Shown here: one piece after another, positions 1 to 8,024 of the stretch
Numbering within the stretch: the first letter of the stretch is position 1
How the letters are laid out: each line of letters begins with the position of its first letter
Assembly: GCA_964481275.1 (NCBI GenBank)
Contig: CAYZTD010000006.1
Coordinates: 27,643 to 91,642 of the forward strand
Reading direction: 5' to 3'
DNA from: an uncultured Thermoplasmatales archaeon
Lineage (GTDB): Archaea; Thermoplasmatota; E2; DHVEG-1
DNA: 64,000 nucleotides
Made by a program: the position numbers and the translations under genes
Notes under the pieces: generated by a model
What the model was told of the DNA's origin: nothing
Seen by the model: only the letters and a program-made list of their open reading frames with translations
Database searches by the model: none

Positions 1-367
1 ACCAGTATAGTTTTTCGTTATTATCGCCAATTATAACAGGATCATCACCTGTTACCATCTCAACATATTCCAAACACAAACCATCATTTATAACAGGCAG
101 AGTATCGCTAATATTAAGATTATATGCATAATGCACTCCTGGAGTTTCATTATAGTATGTTACATTTATTCTAAAAAATACTTCATCTCCTAGATCTATT
201 GTTACAAAATCGGTCCATTCTCCACCATCTATTTTGACTTGCTTATCTACATCTAATATTCCAACCATATTAGTTGTTTTTGTGTCTATTGCCATTCCTG
301 AAAAAACAGAACTTACAAGAAAAGCAGTTATCAATAGCGTCATTATTATTATTCTATTTTTTTCCAT
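1..367 (-). CDS. secreted protein, C-terminal part cut by window edge
   Basis: Minus-strand frame is open from ATG at 367-365 to position 2, checked triplet by triplet with no stop. N-terminus MEKNRIIIMTLLITAFLVSSVFSG looks like a signal peptide. Absent from the ORF track because it is truncated. Confidence 0.45.
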   Translation of the reverse strand, partial: MEKNRIIIMTLLITAFLVSSVFSGMAIDTKTTNMVGILDVDKQVKIDGGEWTDFVTIDLGDEVFFRINVTYYNETPGVHYAYNLNISDTLPVINDGLCLEYVEMVTGDDPVIIGDNNEKLYW

Positions 368-532
368 ATTTTCCTACCTCCCAAAAAAATGAACAAGATT
401 AGTAATATAATATTATATTATAAATTTTTTCTATTTATTTTATTTTGAAACATTTGTTATATTTTTTCTACACATCGCTCTTAATTTTTTACAAAATTAT
501 ATACAATTTGATTAAATAGATATTTTAGTATT

Positions 533-1237
533 TTATTTATTTAGAAAATCAAGAGCCATAATCTTTTTTCTTACAACACCAAGTGTAACAATTGAAAATA
601 GTAAAGCAGCTGCAAGTCCAAGAATTGCTCCAAACATATTAAACACAAGTATACCGTTATAAAAAGCATGAACTAGTATTGCTAACACAAAATATGGAAT
701 AACTCGTATAATACTTGTTTTATTCATTATTTTTTTACCATAACCATAGCCGGTCCATGCAGTAGCAGACGCATGTAAAAAACATCCACCTATACTTCGG
801 ATTATAATTAAAGTAAAAAAAAGTATCATACCCTCAGATAAAAAATTATATCCATAAAAAAGATTTTCAGTTGCAGAAAAACCAAGACCCGCAACAGCAC
901 CATAAATAAGACCATCTTCTGGTTCAACTAGTTCTTTTTTTATCGTTTTTAATCTTAAGGCCAGAGGTTTAGTAAGTTCTTCAGCAAATGGAGCAATAAC
1001 TACAACTGCAATTAAATGAGACATGCTCGGATTTATACTAGGTGCAATAGAATAGTTTAATAAAACCTCAAGAATTATTGCAGCAATTATTGCTATTGTT
1101 GCACCCCATAAAAATGAAAGTGCTATAGCACCCCATTTCTCCCGGTGATATTTTTCTGTATTTCTTATCCAAACAGCATATATTATTGGTGGAATAAATG
1201 CAGCAAGTAGTAAAATTATTATCTGTCCAATAGGCAT
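533..1237 (-). CDS. PrsW-family intramembrane metalloprotease
   Basis: 234-aa polytopic membrane protein. It carries PFAEELTKP (EE motif) and the His motifs FLHASA and HAFYNG typical of the PrsW protease family. Confidence 0.75.
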   Translation of the reverse strand: MPIGQIIILLLAAFIPPIIYAVWIRNTEKYHREKWGAIALSFLWGATIAIIAAIILEVLLNYSIAPSINPSMSHLIAVVVIAPFAEELTKPLALRLKTIKKELVEPEDGLIYGAVAGLGFSATENLFYGYNFLSEGMILFFTLIIIRSIGGCFLHASATAWTGYGYGKKIMNKTSIIRVIPYFVLAILVHAFYNGILVFNMFGAILGLAAALLFSIVTLGVVRKKIMALDFLNK

Positions 1238-1338
1238 AATCTGATATATTTTCCATAATTTAATACATTTTTTGTATGCACAATAATTTAAACAAAAAAA
1301 TAGAAAAAAGAAATAATTTTATAACAGATTTATAAAAT

Positions 1339-1704
1339 CTATTCTTGATTTAGATATACGAATTTTCCTATAATGAATCCAGTTGCGCTTTTTTCTATAT
1401 CATCTTGTTCTTCACAAGATACTTTAACTGTAACGGTACAAAAACAAAGGTATGGAGAATGACGGATAGTTACGTTAAGCCCATATTGATAGATTGTTCT
1501 ACTATCCTTAATTGGTTCACTAAGTAATTTATCACCATTATTTGAATTTTTCATATCAATTTCATAGTCTATCTTAGTACCTTCAGCATTTTTATCAAAT
1601 TTTACACAGAAATATTTAAACATATATTTAGTTCCAAGACTCCCGCAAATATCTATATCCTCTTCTGTAATTTTTGCTGAGGCAGTACTTATACCCATAA
1701 GCAA
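1339..1704 (-). CDS. small secreted/hypothetical protein
   Basis: 121-aa ORF whose track start is TTG. In-frame upstream residues IICIFIIGIFLL look like the true signal peptide, but no ATG precedes them, so the start is uncertain. Confidence 0.45.
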   Translation of the reverse strand: MLMGISTASAKITEEDIDICGSLGTKYMFKYFCVKFDKNAEGTKIDYEIDMKNSNNGDKLLSEPIKDSRTIYQYGLNVTIRHSPYLCFCTVTVKVSCEEQDDIEKSATGFIIGKFVYLNQE

Positions 1705-1900
1705 AAATATGCCTATTATAAAGATGCATATTATTTCTCTGTTCGTCTTACATCACTATTTTATTATTCTATGGAAATAATATATAAAGTTTATAGAACA
1801 ATAATCCTAACCCCCAAAGAAAATAGTTTTTTTAAATAATCAAATCATCAATAGTTTTAAAAAGATGAAGATAAATTGTTTTTTGGAGATTTAATTTAAA

Positions 1901-2914
1901 ATGAAAAAGAAAGCCATGCTTTTTGAAAAAAAATCTGATAAAAAAATTCATTGTATGCTTTGTGCTCATAATTGTAAGATTCCAGAGGGGAAATTTGGTT
2001 TTTGTAATGTTAGAGAAAATATCGAAGGTGAACTTTATTCTCATGTTTATGGCAAATTAATTGCAGAGCATGTAGATCCTATTGAAAAAAAACCATTATA
2101 TCATTTTTTACCTGGTTCAAGGGCATATTCTATTGCAACTCCTGGTTGTAATCTCCGTTGTAGTTTTTGTCAAAATTGGCAGATATCTCAGGTCACTAAA
2201 AATAAAAGAAAAGATTTTAATTCAAGATATATAGAGCCAGAAAAAGTTGTAGAAAAAGCTTTGAGATATAACTGTAAAAGTATTTCTTATACGTATACTG
2301 AGCCTACTATCTTTTTTGAGTATGCATATGATGTTGCAAAAATTGCAAAAGAGAAAGGTTTGAAAAATACCTTTGTAACAAATGGCTATATGACCGATAA
2401 AGCTCTTGAAAAGATTTCTCCTTATTTAGATGCTGCAAATTTAGATATTAAAAGTTTTAGAGATGATTTTTATAAAAAGATTTGTAAGGCAAGACTTCAA
2501 CCTGTTCTTGATTCTATTAAAAAGATGAAAGAACTTGGCATTTGGATTGAAGTAACAACTCTTGTTGTTCCTGAGCAAAATGATTCAAATGAGGAATTAA
2601 ATGATATAGCTGATTTTATTTCTTCTGTTGGAACTGAGATTCCTTGGCATATAAGTCGTTTTCATCCTGATTATAATTATAATGATTCTTATCCAACACC
2701 TATCAAGACCGTGCAGAAAGCCTATGATATCGGAAAAAAACATGGTCTTAAATATGTTTATCTTGGAAATATTTTAGATGAAAAAGATACTGTTTGTAGT
2801 AATTGTGGTAATGTTTTGATTAAAAGAGATTATATGAAAGGCACTATAACTAATATCGACAATGAAGGGAAATGTAGTAAATGTGGTACAGAAGTCGAAG
2901 GTGTATGGGAATAA
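1901..2914 (+). CDS. amrS: AmmeMemoRadiSam-system radical SAM enzyme (PflA-like activase fold)
   Basis: N-terminal HCMLCAHNCKIPEGKFGFCNVR cluster, CNLRCSFCQNW (CX3CX2C), and C-terminal CSNCG...CSKCG. The overall pattern is typical of this family. Confidence 0.85.
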   Translation: MKKKAMLFEKKSDKKIHCMLCAHNCKIPEGKFGFCNVRENIEGELYSHVYGKLIAEHVDPIEKKPLYHFLPGSRAYSIATPGCNLRCSFCQNWQISQVTKNKRKDFNSRYIEPEKVVEKALRYNCKSISYTYTEPTIFFEYAYDVAKIAKEKGLKNTFVTNGYMTDKALEKISPYLDAANLDIKSFRDDFYKKICKARLQPVLDSIKKMKELGIWIEVTTLVVPEQNDSNEELNDIADFISSVGTEIPWHISRFHPDYNYNDSYPTPIKTVQKAYDIGKKHGLKYVYLGNILDEKDTVCSNCGNVLIKRDYMKGTITNIDNEGKCSKCGTEVEGVWE

Positions 2915-2922
2915 AAAAAAAT

Positions 2923-3684
2923 TTATACGGGTCTTAAAGTTCCAGCAAATACCTGCCATGCCAGAGCTGATTTTGCAACTAGACTTAGGATGATATATAC
3001 TCTTTCACCATGCAAGTAGTATCTCCATCTTCCAATTTTTTTGTATTGCAAAAACATATTTATTGCAAAACAGTTGAAAAATATTGCAATTGTTACAAAG
3101 ATTGCTATTACAAAATCTGGTACTGATTCAGCAGTAATTAATGGTATAAATATTACAATCCATGGTATTATTCCAGCGATACATCCTATAATATATGATA
3201 TCCAGTTTGTTTCTTCTGTTGTTTGGTTGTGTATTTCCATCATTAGACCCATAAGGTTCATTACTGCGGTTAAAACAAATAGTGATATGAGTAGACCTAT
3301 GTCATATATTGTTACAAGCATTGCAATTATTACTATCATAACTGAAGCACTTATTGAGTATTCATACCATCTGTATGGATTCATTCCTCTCTTTAGATAT
3401 TTTACATATCTTTTGTAAAGATATGTGCTTATTAGAAGATGTGCTGTAGCTGAAATAAATAAGAACAATGCTACCAAGGGACCTATTTCTATGTTAAATA
3501 AGGTTTCAGTTGCTGGAGATATAGTTGCAGTGTTTACATTATATGCTGGATATGAATAGGTAACTGGCAAGGAAAAATCATTACTTAAATGTAGCATTAG
3601 TAAAGCCTGTGCTGAATGTATCACAAACATTACTAAGTTGAAGTATCTTAATCGTTTAAATATTCCTTCTTCTGTATCTGTCAT
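2923..3684 (-). CDS. heliorhodopsin (7-TM retinal protein)
   Basis: GERVYIILSLVAKSALAWQVFAGTL (Schiff-base Lys), NPYRWYEYSISASVMIVIIA (counter-ion Glu), GCIAGIIPW, and His in VIHSAQ and ATAHLL. These match my recollection of heliorhodopsin 48C12 and TaHeR. Confidence 0.87.
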   Translation of the reverse strand: MTDTEEGIFKRLRYFNLVMFVIHSAQALLMLHLSNDFSLPVTYSYPAYNVNTATISPATETLFNIEIGPLVALFLFISATAHLLISTYLYKRYVKYLKRGMNPYRWYEYSISASVMIVIIAMLVTIYDIGLLISLFVLTAVMNLMGLMMEIHNQTTEETNWISYIIGCIAGIIPWIVIFIPLITAESVPDFVIAIFVTIAIFFNCFAINMFLQYKKIGRWRYYLHGERVYIILSLVAKSALAWQVFAGTLRPV

Positions 3685-3885
3685 AAAATCCCCTTTAATT
3701 TTTAAATTTTAAAATTATAATAATGTATAGAAATATAAGGCTATTGGTCTACTCAAATTAATTAATAAATTTAATAATTCTAAAATATCAATAATCAACC
3801 TTTATATTTTGTCGAGTTCAGTAAGTTTTTGATGGTGTAAAAATCAACGAAAACTTTATAAAGTTACAAGTAACGCAAGGAAACC

Positions 3886-4539
3886 ATGTATAAACCAAAA
3901 AAAATATTGATAGGGATTTCAGTCATTCTTACAATATCGCTTGTGATATTTGCAGGTTGTACAGAGCAATCTCAAGATGACAAATCAAATTCTGATATAT
4001 CTGGAACTGTTGTTGCAACTGTAAACGGTGAAAAGATAACTTCGGAAGAAGTTACATCGATGCAACAAGCATATGAACAACAAGGTCAACAGATATCTGA
4101 AGAAGATGCACTTGAACAATTAATAAACCAAGAAATACTTTCTCAAAAAGCTCAACAGGAAGGATTTAATCTTACTGATGAAGAAGCAGAAGCAGAGATA
4201 GAAGCACTACTTGGACAACAAGGAATGACCTTAAAAGAGTATAAAGATCAACTTGAGCAACAAGGAACGTCTTATGAAGAACAATTACAAAACTTCAAAG
4301 AACAATTAGCTATCCAAAATTATCAGGACGAAGCACTTGAAGGAGAAGATTTTAATGTGACTGAAGAAGAAGCAGAAAATTATTATGAACTTTACAAGCA
4401 ACAAGATCCAGAGAATACTCCAGATTATGAAGATATAAAAGATCAAATAATTGACTATTTACAACAACAAAAACGGCAAGAAGCAATAAATTCTTTAGTT
4501 CAAGAACTTAGAGAAGATGCAAATATCGAGTATAATTGA
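3886..4539 (+). CDS. SurA-N-terminal-domain-like lipoprotein chaperone (no PPIase domain)
   Basis: Signal peptide with lipobox-like VIFAGC. VATVNGEKITSEEV and a following Q/E-rich helical region resemble the SurA/PpiD N-terminal chaperone domain. Confidence 0.55.
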   Translation: MYKPKKILIGISVILTISLVIFAGCTEQSQDDKSNSDISGTVVATVNGEKITSEEVTSMQQAYEQQGQQISEEDALEQLINQEILSQKAQQEGFNLTDEEAEAEIEALLGQQGMTLKEYKDQLEQQGTSYEEQLQNFKEQLAIQNYQDEALEGEDFNVTEEEAENYYELYKQQDPENTPDYEDIKDQIIDYLQQQKRQEAINSLVQELREDANIEYN

Positions 4540-4628
4540 TAAAAGTTACTTTTTACTTGAGTAGTATCTAACTTTAACAGCTGAGATAAAAATGAAGGAG
4601 ATCTGGTTGGATATTCATGAAAAATTGT

Positions 4629-4927
4629 GCTGGGTGTAGGCCGTAAGCCTCCTTCTGTTGAATGACGGTATTCTACTATGCGTCTACCTTGCAGGCAGTC
4701 TGGACAACTGATCCTGCTTTTTGGACTTGCTCCAGGAATAGATTGACACGTTTCATCAAATCCTATAAAGACCTCAACACCAAGTGTATCATCGCATTTT
4801 TTATAGACTGTGTCGTTTCTGCGCCTCTATAGAGACTCTCGCCTCTACTACTTGCGTAGTAACCTGGTCCAGAGCGAGGGAGGACTTTCCTCAGCACGAA
4901 GCCGTGAACCGTCCACCTACGCCCAGC
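4629..4927 (-). ncRNA. rnpB: RNase P RNA (archaeal type)
   Basis: GC-rich ORF-free block. The minus strand reads 5' GCTGGGCGTAGG...GAGGAAAGTCC (CR-I, complement of 4882-4892)...ACAGAAGGAGGCTTAC (CR-V)...CCTACACCCAGC 3'. The terminal 12 nt pair to form P1. Length is about 299 nt and the ends are accurate to a few nt. Confidence 0.87.
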
Positions 4928-5078
4928 ATTTATAACTATTGTTAGTCAAAACTTTTTTATAAACTTTTTTACACATTTATTATAATTCCAAATCGACGAT
5001 AAATTATAAACATATCATAAATTATATAATATATAACTTTCTATATAATAATAAACATAAAAAAGTGATGTGCTGAAT

Positions 5079-6206
5079 ATGACAAAACCGCCCCAAAAAT
5101 TTCCTTCAAATAGACCATTTTTTAAAAAAATAGCATACAGCACATGTTGGGAAGATTTTGAAACCATAAACAAAGCCCTAAAAATAAACAAAAACGATAA
5201 ACTAATATCAATAAGCTCAGCAGGATGCAACGTTCTAAATGCACTTTTAAAAAACCCAAAAAAAATAATAGCAGTAGACTTCAACCCACATCAAAACCAT
5301 CTACTAGAACTTAAAATAAAAGCGATAAAACATCTAAACCACAAACAATTCTTAGAATTAATTGGAGTAACAGAATCAGATAAAAAAGAAAAAATATACA
5401 AAAAAATAAGAAAAAAACTAACAAAAAATACAAGAAACTTTTGGGATAAAAATATAAAACTAATAAAAAAAGGAATAACCTACAATGGAAGACAAGAAAA
5501 ATATATTAGACTGATAGGAAGGATAATAAGAAGTTTAAAAGGAAACGAATCATGTGAAAAATTCTTAAAAATGAAAGACCGGGAAAAACAAAAAGAATAT
5601 TTTGATAAAAACATTAAAGGAGTGATCTGGGATGCATTTTTTAAAATACTATACAGCAAACCAGTTATGCTTATAGTAAAAGATCGATTAGTTTTCAACC
5701 AGACAGATGAAAACTCATATCACATAAAATTTAGAAAAAGAGCAGAACATGCAATAAAAGACATACCAGTATACAAAAATCCCTTTGCATCATTTGCACT
5801 TAGAGGAAAATATCTAAACGAAGAATATTATCCAGAATATCTAAAAAAGGAAAACTTTGAAAAACTAAAGAAAAATGTAGATAAAATAGAACTAAAAAAC
5901 TCGACAGTAAAAGGCTTATTAGAAAAATTACCTAAAAACTCATATTCAAAAATAAATCTATCAAATTCATTAGACTGGATAACACCAGAAGAATTTATAG
6001 ATACACTAAAAGAAATCACAAGAGTTCTAAAAAACAATGGTAGATTCTGCTACCTTAACACACTAATCACAAGAAATATACCAAAAAATACCAAAAACAT
6101 AAAATCACATAAGAAAAAAGCAAATGAACTACTAAAAAAAGATAGAGCGTTTCTATATGGAAATTTTGAAATAGGAACCATTAAAAAAGGGAGGAAAGAA
6201 AACTAA
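5079..6206 (+). CDS. DUF3419 / BtaA-like SAM-dependent 3-amino-3-carboxypropyl transferase
   Basis: IAYSTCWEDFETINKAL, ISISSAGCNVLNALL and AVDFNPHQNHLLELK match the conserved N-terminal block of the BtaA/DUF3419 family. Start moved from GTG 5070 to ATG 5079, downstream of GTGAT. Confidence 0.75.
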   Translation: MTKPPQKFPSNRPFFKKIAYSTCWEDFETINKALKINKNDKLISISSAGCNVLNALLKNPKKIIAVDFNPHQNHLLELKIKAIKHLNHKQFLELIGVTESDKKEKIYKKIRKKLTKNTRNFWDKNIKLIKKGITYNGRQEKYIRLIGRIIRSLKGNESCEKFLKMKDREKQKEYFDKNIKGVIWDAFFKILYSKPVMLIVKDRLVFNQTDENSYHIKFRKRAEHAIKDIPVYKNPFASFALRGKYLNEEYYPEYLKKENFEKLKKNVDKIELKNSTVKGLLEKLPKNSYSKINLSNSLDWITPEEFIDTLKEITRVLKNNGRFCYLNTLITRNIPKNTKNIKSHKKKANELLKKDRAFLYGNFEIGTIKKGRKEN

Positions 6207-7114
6207 TGTCAAAAAGAATATGCATTATAGTAAATCCTTATTCACAAGGTGGAAAAACAAAAGAAAACTATCCTTCCTACATAAACAACCTAAAAAATAA
6301 CGGATTGATTTTTGATACATACCGTACTAAATCAAAAAGACATTCCACAGAAATTGTAAAAAAATATTTTGATGATTATGATACGTTTATCGCTATAGGT
6401 GGCGATGGATTACTACATGAAATGGCACAGGTTTTAGTAAACCATAAAGAAAAAAAACTAGGAATAGTGCCCAGTGGAAATGGAAATATGTTAGCATCAC
6501 ACCACTGGATATATAATATTGATGATGCAATAGATGCTATAAAAAAAAATAAAACAACTGAAATAGATCTAGTAAAAATAACTTTTAATACAGATAACAG
6601 TAAAAGAACAGTATACTCACATTGTATATTTGGAATAGGCTACATATCAGATGTAGTAAGACTTGCAGTAAATACATTTAGAATATTTGGACCAAAACTC
6701 TGCTATCCACTATCAGGTACACTAGGTGCTATGTATATAAATAGAAACAAAACAAAAATCACAATAGATAACAAAAAAGAAAAAATAGACAAATTAAATA
6801 CAATTATTTTTCTAAACCATGGAAGGATAGGATCCTTTAAAATGGTTGAAAACTCATCAGATAGAGATGGTAGACTAGATTATGTAATATACAAAAACAT
6901 GGGAAGAACAGAAGCGTTACTATGTGTCATGGAAGCAGCATTAAAAACAAAAATATTTAACAAAAATAAAACAGTAGGTCAAACCAAAAAAATAAAAATT
7001 GATTTACCTACAAAAAAAGAACTCATGATAGATGGGGAGATGTATGGCTACACAGATTTGATAGAAGCAAAAGTCATACATAAATCACTAAATGTTTTAT
7101 CAAATAAAAAATAA
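6206..7114 (+). CDS. diacylglycerol/lipid kinase family protein (YegS/LCB5 type)
   Basis: IIVNPYSQGGKT, IAIGGDGLLHE and GIVPSGNGNMLA are DAGK catalytic-domain motifs. The start overlaps the upstream stop (TAATG 6204-6208). Confidence 0.8.
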   Translation: MSKRICIIVNPYSQGGKTKENYPSYINNLKNNGLIFDTYRTKSKRHSTEIVKKYFDDYDTFIAIGGDGLLHEMAQVLVNHKEKKLGIVPSGNGNMLASHHWIYNIDDAIDAIKKNKTTEIDLVKITFNTDNSKRTVYSHCIFGIGYISDVVRLAVNTFRIFGPKLCYPLSGTLGAMYINRNKTKITIDNKKEKIDKLNTIIFLNHGRIGSFKMVENSSDRDGRLDYVIYKNMGRTEALLCVMEAALKTKIFNKNKTVGQTKKIKIDLPTKKELMIDGEMYGYTDLIEAKVIHKSLNVLSNKK

Positions 7115-7136
7115 AAAAAGAAAAAGGTAAAAATAT

Positions 7137-8024
7137 ATGGAAAATAACTTTTTAAGATATATAAAAAAAAGGTTTCAACCAATATTTTTTATACCAATAA
7201 CTCTAATTTTTTATCTAAGCTTTCATCTATTCTCAGATATAAATAAGACAGAGATAACAATCTCAATAGAAACACTATTTGGATTTCTAATAGTATTTCT
7301 AATATTTTTCCACATAAGACTTTTTGATGATATTAAAGATTATAAAAAAACAGATCCTTACAAAAAAATCAGCCTAAAAAAATACCTGATAACTGCAATA
7401 TTTTTAGAAATAGTTCTAAGTATATTTCTAGGACTAAGTGTTTTAATATTCTACATAGTTCTACTATTATTTTCAATAGGAATCTTTTATGATTTTTTTA
7501 TAAAAAAGATACTTACAAGAAATATTTTGATAAATAATTTTACACATCAAATTCTAATAGTATTAATAGGAATTTTTATTTTTGTAATAAATAACAAAAA
7601 TCTTTTTAAAATAAACTACAACTATCTGATATTTACATTAAATATGTATTTAATATTTGCATTTTTTGAATTTACAAGAAAAATCAAAAACAAAAAAGAT
7701 AAAGACTACAAAAAATCATATAACTATATATTTGGAAAAAATAAGTTTTCATTAATACTTATAACATTAACTTTTTTTACCTGTTTTCTAACAATATTTT
7801 CTTTTCTAAAAACAATATATATAACTAACCTTCTAGTAATTGAGATTATTATAGCAACAATTGCAATAATCTCAATAATATACTATCTTAAAAAAACTAT
7901 ACAAGAAAAAACATTGAAGAAGATATGTTTTCTATATTTACTCTTAACACTTTTAATCATAATTTTTACAAATATAATTTTAAAAAACATAATCTTTAAA
8001 ACAGGTTTATTGGTGGCAATATAA
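7137..8024 (+). CDS. polytopic membrane protein, UbiA-prenyltransferase-like
   Basis: About 9 hydrophobic segments. Asp-rich FDDIKDYKKTD follows TM2 and RKIKNKKDKDYKKSYNYIFGKN lies mid-protein, resembling the two UbiA Asp motifs. The family call is tentative. Confidence 0.55.
   Translation: MENNFLRYIKKRFQPIFFIPITLIFYLSFHLFSDINKTEITISIETLFGFLIVFLIFFHIRLFDDIKDYKKTDPYKKISLKKYLITAIFLEIVLSIFLGLSVLIFYIVLLLFSIGIFYDFFIKKILTRNILINNFTHQILIVLIGIFIFVINNKNLFKINYNYLIFTLNMYLIFAFFEFTRKIKNKKDKDYKKSYNYIFGKNKFSLILITLTFFTCFLTIFSFLKTIYITNLLVIEIIIATIAIISIIYYLKKTIQEKTLKKICFLYLLLTLLIIIFTNIILKNIIFKTGLLVAI

Noticed and set aside
3041-3418. 125-aa plus-strand ORF inside the heliorhodopsin gene
   Set aside because: It is a shadow ORF of a confidently identified minus-strand gene, with a hydrophobic mirror composition and no SD.
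4593-4640. Short ATG ORF (MKEIWLDIHEKLCWV) at the 3' edge of the RNase P RNA region
   Set aside because: It overlaps the P1 helix of the RNase P RNA and is too short. The GC-rich block is better explained as structural RNA.
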